NCBI GenBank assembly: GCA_002839745.1
Contig: PGYQ01000001.1
Span: forward strand, 80,775-144,774
Direction: 5' to 3'
Source of the DNA: Candidatus Kuenenbacteria bacterium HGW-Kuenenbacteria-1
GTDB lineage: Bacteria > Patescibacteriota > Patescibacteriia > UBA2591 > PGYQ01
DNA length: 64,000 bases
Part shown: in pieces, positions 60,311 through 64,000 of the stretch
How the letters are laid out: every line of letters starts with the position of its first letter
Numbering within the stretch: the first letter of the stretch is position 1
Translations under genes and position numbers: made by a program
Notes under the pieces: model-generated
The model's database searches: none
The model's input: the letters and a program-made list of their open reading frames with translations, nothing else
Told to the model about the DNA's origin: nothing

Positions 60311-61468
60311 ATGGATATTAGAAATTTTTGTATCATCGCTCATATTGATCATGGAAAATCGACTCTTGCCGATCGATTTTTAGAATTGACAAAAACTATA
60401 GATAAATTAAAAATGCACTCTCAATTTTTAGATCAAATGGATTTAGAAAGAGAAAAAGGAATTACTATTAAACTTCAACCAGTTCAACTTGACTACAATC
60501 TCCAATCTATAAACTATAAATTAAATTTAATAGACACGCCAGGACATGTTGATTTTGGTTACGAAGTTTCTAGATCTTTGGCCGCAGTAGAAGGAGTTCT
60601 TTTATTAGTAGACGCTACTCAAGGAATTCAAGCACAAACTTTGGCTAATTTACATTTAGCTTTAGAACAAAATTTATTTATTATTCCAGTAATAAATAAA
60701 ATTGATCTACCTAATGCTCAACCAGAAAAAACAGCTGAAGAAATAAAACAATTATTAGATCGCGAATCATTGTCAAATATTAGTTGCTCGCCATTTTTTA
60801 TTTCTGCAAAAACAGGCGAAGGTGTCGAACAACTTTTGTGTTCAATAGTTAAATATATCCCCACACCATCTATAAATTTAGATAAACCTTTTAGAGCTTT
60901 AATTTTTGATTCGGTTTATGATGAATATAAAGGAGTGATTGTTTATGTTCGGATTGTTGATGGAAAAATAGAAAAAGGAGATCAAATTGAATTTATGGGA
61001 ACTAAAAAACAAGGAGAGGCTTTAGAAGTAGGAGTTTTTAAGCCTAATTTTTTTCCAAAAAACAGATTAGAATCTGGCGAGATTGGCTACATTGCTACTG
61101 GATTAAAAGATATTGGTAATTGTAAAGTTGGCGATACAATTATAAATCCCAAAAACCAAATAATGAACAATAAACAAATTGAGGCTTTGCCTGGCTATAA
61201 AGAAGCTAAATCAATGGTTTTTGCTGGCTTATTTTGTAAAGATGGGAGTGATTATTCAAAATTTAGAGAAGCATTGGATAAATACAAATTAACTGATGCC
61301 AGTTTATTTTATGAACCAGAGGTCTCTCAAGCTTTAGGATTTGGTTTCCGTTGCGGATTTTTAGGAATGTTACATTTAGAAATTGTTCAAGAACGTCTAC
61401 ATAGAGAATATGGACTAGATCTTGTAATTACTACTCCCAGCGTGGCATATAAAATAATTTTAAAATAA
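60311..61468 (+). CDS. lepA: elongation factor 4 (LepA) N-terminal about 385 aa. The C-terminal third, about 200 aa, is missing.
   Basis: IRNFCIIAHIDHGKSTLADRFLE, LDQMDLEREKGITIK, DTPGHVDFGYEVSRSL, NKIDL. GFGFRCGFLGMLHLEIVQERLHREYGLDLVITTPSVAYKI corresponds to residues around 340-385 of the 599-aa E. coli LepA. A stop follows and no LepA-like sequence lies downstream. Confidence 0.75.
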   Translation: MDIRNFCIIAHIDHGKSTLADRFLELTKTIDKLKMHSQFLDQMDLEREKGITIKLQPVQLDYNLQSINYKLNLIDTPGHVDFGYEVSRSLAAVEGVLLLVDATQGIQAQTLANLHLALEQNLFIIPVINKIDLPNAQPEKTAEEIKQLLDRESLSNISCSPFFISAKTGEGVEQLLCSIVKYIPTPSINLDKPFRALIFDSVYDEYKGVIVYVRIVDGKIEKGDQIEFMGTKKQGEALEVGVFKPNFFPKNRLESGEIGYIATGLKDIGNCKVGDTIINPKNQIMNNKQIEALPGYKEAKSMVFAGLFCKDGSDYSKFREALDKYKLTDASLFYEPEVSQALGFGFRCGFLGMLHLEIVQERLHREYGLDLVITTPSVAYKIILK

Positions 61469-61552
61469 ATTATTAAAAAATGTCGGGAGTTCAACTTCTG
61501 ACACTAATCTTTTAACTATTACAAAATTTGTCTTACAAATTTTGCCTATTTT

Positions 61553-62578
61553 ATGCAAATTTCAATGATGATTTTTATCGCAATAATTGCTGTTTTATTA
61601 ATCGCCGGATTTGGCGCGTTTTTTTATTTATTAAATAAAAAATTTCAAGAATTAACAGAAAAACAAAAAAATGATCCAACAATAAATTTACTTAATCAAA
61701 ATATTCAGGGCATACAATCAAATATACAATCAAATATTCAGGGCATGCAATCCAATATGCAAAATATGCAATCAAATATGCATTTACAATTAAGCAAAAC
61801 CACGGAAGCGATCAATCAACGACTGGATAACGCGGCAAAAATTATTAACGGAGTAAACAAAGAATTAGGACAAATGCAAGAAGTAGGAAGACAAATGAAA
61901 GATTTACAAGATTTTTTGCGTTCGCCAAAATTACGAGGAAATATTGGAGAACAAGTTTTGCGAGATTTATTAGAACAATTTTTTTCTAAAAAGCATTTTG
62001 AATTACAATACAAATTTCGCGAAGGTCAAATTGTTGATGCGATTATTAAAACCGATAAAGGAATAATTCCAATTGATTCTAAATTTCCAATGGAAAATTT
62101 TCAAAAAATGTTTAAAACAGAGTCAGAAAAAGAAAAAAATAATTTTTCGCGAGAATTTATTAAAGATGTAAAAAAACACATAAATGATATTAGTAAAAAA
62201 TATATTTTACCTCAAGAAGGCACAATTGATTTTGCGGTAATGTATATTCCTTCAGAAACTATTTATTATGAAATCATTAGAAACGACGAAAACTTAAATA
62301 CTTTTGCTCAAGAAAAAAAAGTTTTAATTGTTTCACCAAATAGTTTTTATTATTTTTTAAGAGTAATAATGATTGGAATGGAAGGCAAACGAATTGAAGA
62401 AGCGAGTAAAATAATCCTTCAAACATTAAACGCGATTCAAAAAGATTCTATTAGGTTTGGAGAAAATTTGGGAGTTTTAACGACACATATCACAAATGCT
62501 AAATCGGCTATTGATCGCGTTAATAATGAATATTCTAAATTGTCCGGCAAAATTGATCAAGTTAAATTATTAAAATAA
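61553..62578 (+). CDS. rmuC: DNA recombination protein RmuC
   Basis: N-terminal TM and coiled coil. C-terminal RmuC nuclease-like core RGNIGEQVLRDLLEQ ... GQIVDAIIKTDKGIIPIDSKFPMENF. Confidence 0.8.
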   Translation: MQISMMIFIAIIAVLLIAGFGAFFYLLNKKFQELTEKQKNDPTINLLNQNIQGIQSNIQSNIQGMQSNMQNMQSNMHLQLSKTTEAINQRLDNAAKIINGVNKELGQMQEVGRQMKDLQDFLRSPKLRGNIGEQVLRDLLEQFFSKKHFELQYKFREGQIVDAIIKTDKGIIPIDSKFPMENFQKMFKTESEKEKNNFSREFIKDVKKHINDISKKYILPQEGTIDFAVMYIPSETIYYEIIRNDENLNTFAQEKKVLIVSPNSFYYFLRVIMIGMEGKRIEEASKIILQTLNAIQKDSIRFGENLGVLTTHITNAKSAIDRVNNEYSKLSGKIDQVKLLK

Positions 62579-62581
62579 AAA

Positions 62582-62602
62582 GTACAGGGTTCAACCCCGT
62601 AC
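62582..62602. terminator. bidirectional terminator hairpin between the convergent rmuC and der genes
   Basis: GTACAGGGTTCAACCCCGTAC stem-loop flanked by T-runs on both strands. Confidence 0.5.
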
Positions 62603-62608
62603 ATTTTA

Positions 62609-63976
62609 TTATTCTGGTTTTTCAAGTTCAATTGTAAAAGGTATTCCTTCAAAATCAAATTTTTTTCTCAACTCTTTTTCTAAAATATTCAAACAAGCTT
62701 GAGGTAATGGCGTTTTTTGCTGAATAACCAAAGCAAATTTTGGAGGATTATCTCTTATTTGACTAAATTTATAAACTGAGAAAAATTTTTGCTTAACGGT
62801 TTTAGGATGAAGCTTGCGTTCAGAAGGATCAATAAAAAATGAATACTTTTTTTTCATTTCTTCTAAAAATTTATCTAATTCTTTTTGATCAAAAATCCTG
62901 TTTAATCTTTGTTTAATTTTTAAAGCTGTGTCTAAAATTTTTTTTATCTGAAAATTTTCTTTGGCTGAAACAAAAACAATGGGAGCCCAAAGAAAAAAAG
63001 AAAATTGCGCTTTTAAATATTGAATATATTGATTTACTTTTCTTTTATCTTTTTGAGAAAGTAAATCCCATTTATTTACAACAATTATTACTCCTTTATT
63101 TGTTCTTTCAATATGATTGGCTATTCGTTTATCTTGAGAAAGAGCTGTTTCCCCTGCTTCTAATACTAAACAAATTACATCCGCCCTTTTAAAGGTTTGA
63201 AGACTTTGCAAAGATCCAATTTTTTCTATATGACAATCAATTTTACTTTTTTTTCTTAATCCAGCAGTATCAACAATTAAAATGGATTGATTTTTATAAG
63301 TAATTAAAGTGTCTAAGGCCTCGCGAGTCGTATGTGGTATCTCACTCACAATAACTCTTTCCTCTCCTAATATTGCATTAAAAATAGAAGATTTTCCAAC
63401 ATTTGTCCTGCCAGTTAAAATTATTTTAACTGGTTTTTTAATTGGTTCTTTTATTATAATATTTTCATCAGATTTAATTTTAGGCAAAACAAAAAGTTTT
63501 TTTACTATTTCATCTAATAAATCGCCTGTGCCAATTCCAGTAATAGCTGAAATTAACATTGGCTCACCAAATCCCAATTTAAAAAAATCACTTGCCATTT
63601 TTCTTAAACTATTTTTATCAACTTTATTTACTGCAACAATAATAGGTTTTTTAAGATTTCTTAAAATTTTTGCAATATCTTTATCTTCCAAAAGCAATCC
63701 ATCTTTTACATCAACTACAAAAAGAATTAAATCCGCTTCTTTTAAAGCAACTTGAGTTTGTTCTTGAACTTTTTTTTCAACTTTATTAATTCCCGCATCC
63801 TGTAATCCCCCTGTGTCTATTAAATCAAACTTTTCTTTTCTCCAAAAACATTCCGCATAATTTCTATCTCGAGTGGTGCCAGCTATTTTAGAAATAATGG
63901 CTTTTTCTTGATCAATTAAACGATTAAAAAGAGTGGATTTTCCCACATTAACTCGACCAATAATACATACTTTCAT
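62609..63976 (-). CDS. der: ribosome-associated GTPase Der/EngA with two tandem GTPase domains plus a KH-like domain
   Basis: GRVNVGKSTLFNRL and GRTNVGKSSIFNAIL Walker A motifs, DTGG/DTAG, NKVD/NKWD. Confidence 0.9.
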   Translation of the reverse strand: MKVCIIGRVNVGKSTLFNRLIDQEKAIISKIAGTTRDRNYAECFWRKEKFDLIDTGGLQDAGINKVEKKVQEQTQVALKEADLILFVVDVKDGLLLEDKDIAKILRNLKKPIIVAVNKVDKNSLRKMASDFFKLGFGEPMLISAITGIGTGDLLDEIVKKLFVLPKIKSDENIIIKEPIKKPVKIILTGRTNVGKSSIFNAILGEERVIVSEIPHTTREALDTLITYKNQSILIVDTAGLRKKSKIDCHIEKIGSLQSLQTFKRADVICLVLEAGETALSQDKRIANHIERTNKGVIIVVNKWDLLSQKDKRKVNQYIQYLKAQFSFFLWAPIVFVSAKENFQIKKILDTALKIKQRLNRIFDQKELDKFLEEMKKKYSFFIDPSERKLHPKTVKQKFFSVYKFSQIRDNPPKFALVIQQKTPLPQACLNILEKELRKKFDFEGIPFTIELEKPE

Positions 63977-64000
63977 AAAAATTAGCTAATTAGCTTTTAA

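Noticed and set aside
62582-62602. GGGTTCAACCCC-type sequences (also AGGTTCAACCCT at about 24425) resembling a tRNA T-arm, as possible tRNA fragments or tmRNA
   Set aside because: No acceptor, D or anticodon arms could be built around them. They sit immediately after stop codons with flanking T-runs, consistent with simple terminator hairpins.

Overview
This looks like a chromosomal segment of a reduced, AT-rich bacterium, probably Candidate Phyla Radiation (Patescibacteria/Parcubacteria-like). The GC content appears very low (I have not counted it) and the standard genetic code fits: long ORFs are intact and I saw no in-frame TGA. Genes are tightly packed and Shine-Dalgarno signals are weak.

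Core content is housekeeping:
- Translation and ribosome: ileS, valS, infC, rpmI, rplY, typA, a truncated lepA, der and an ABC-F ATPase.
- Protein export and turnover: secA, an FtsH-like protease and an M18 aminopeptidase.
- Envelope and peptidoglycan: murA, a MurE-like ligase, a class A penicillin-binding protein, a DacA-like carboxypeptidase and an RlpA-like protein.
- DNA metabolism: ligA, rarA, rmuC, a UvrD-like helicase fused to a Cas4/AddB-type nuclease, and a primary sigma factor.
- Metabolism: glyA, a cyclophilin and two tandem gpmI paralogs.
- tRNAs: four, namely Leu-TAG, Lys-CTT, Thr-CGT and Gly-CCC.

Accessory content:
- The most unusual item is a REP-associated tyrosine transposase (RAYT/IS200-like) gene. 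One copy of a 59-bp GC-rich nested palindrome sits in frame inside the gene. A second copy lies 180 bp upstream. A third, inverted copy lies 34 kb away inside a 163-bp element with 19-bp terminal inverted repeats, resembling a miniature inverted-repeat transposable element (MITE).
- A HicB/HicA toxin-antitoxin pair.
- A type IV pilus / type II secretion-like set: PilB, PilC, three prepilins and a PilX-like protein, next to two stand-alone CheY receivers and a DUF4143 ATPase.
- A Bro-N/DinD-like gene translationally coupled to a MEMO1-CapA fusion protein, just downstream of tRNA-Leu.
- Several large proteins of unknown function, one of them with three internal repeats and one DUF4012-like.
- A notable number of truncated or decayed genes: a UvrD N-terminal half, an MFS half, a LepA N-terminal two-thirds, an alpha/beta hydrolase tail with an in-frame stop, and an internally deleted ParA-like gene.
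- Recurrent GC-rich or palindromic motifs in intergenic DNA that may be regulatory or mobile.

I found no CRISPR array and no rRNA.
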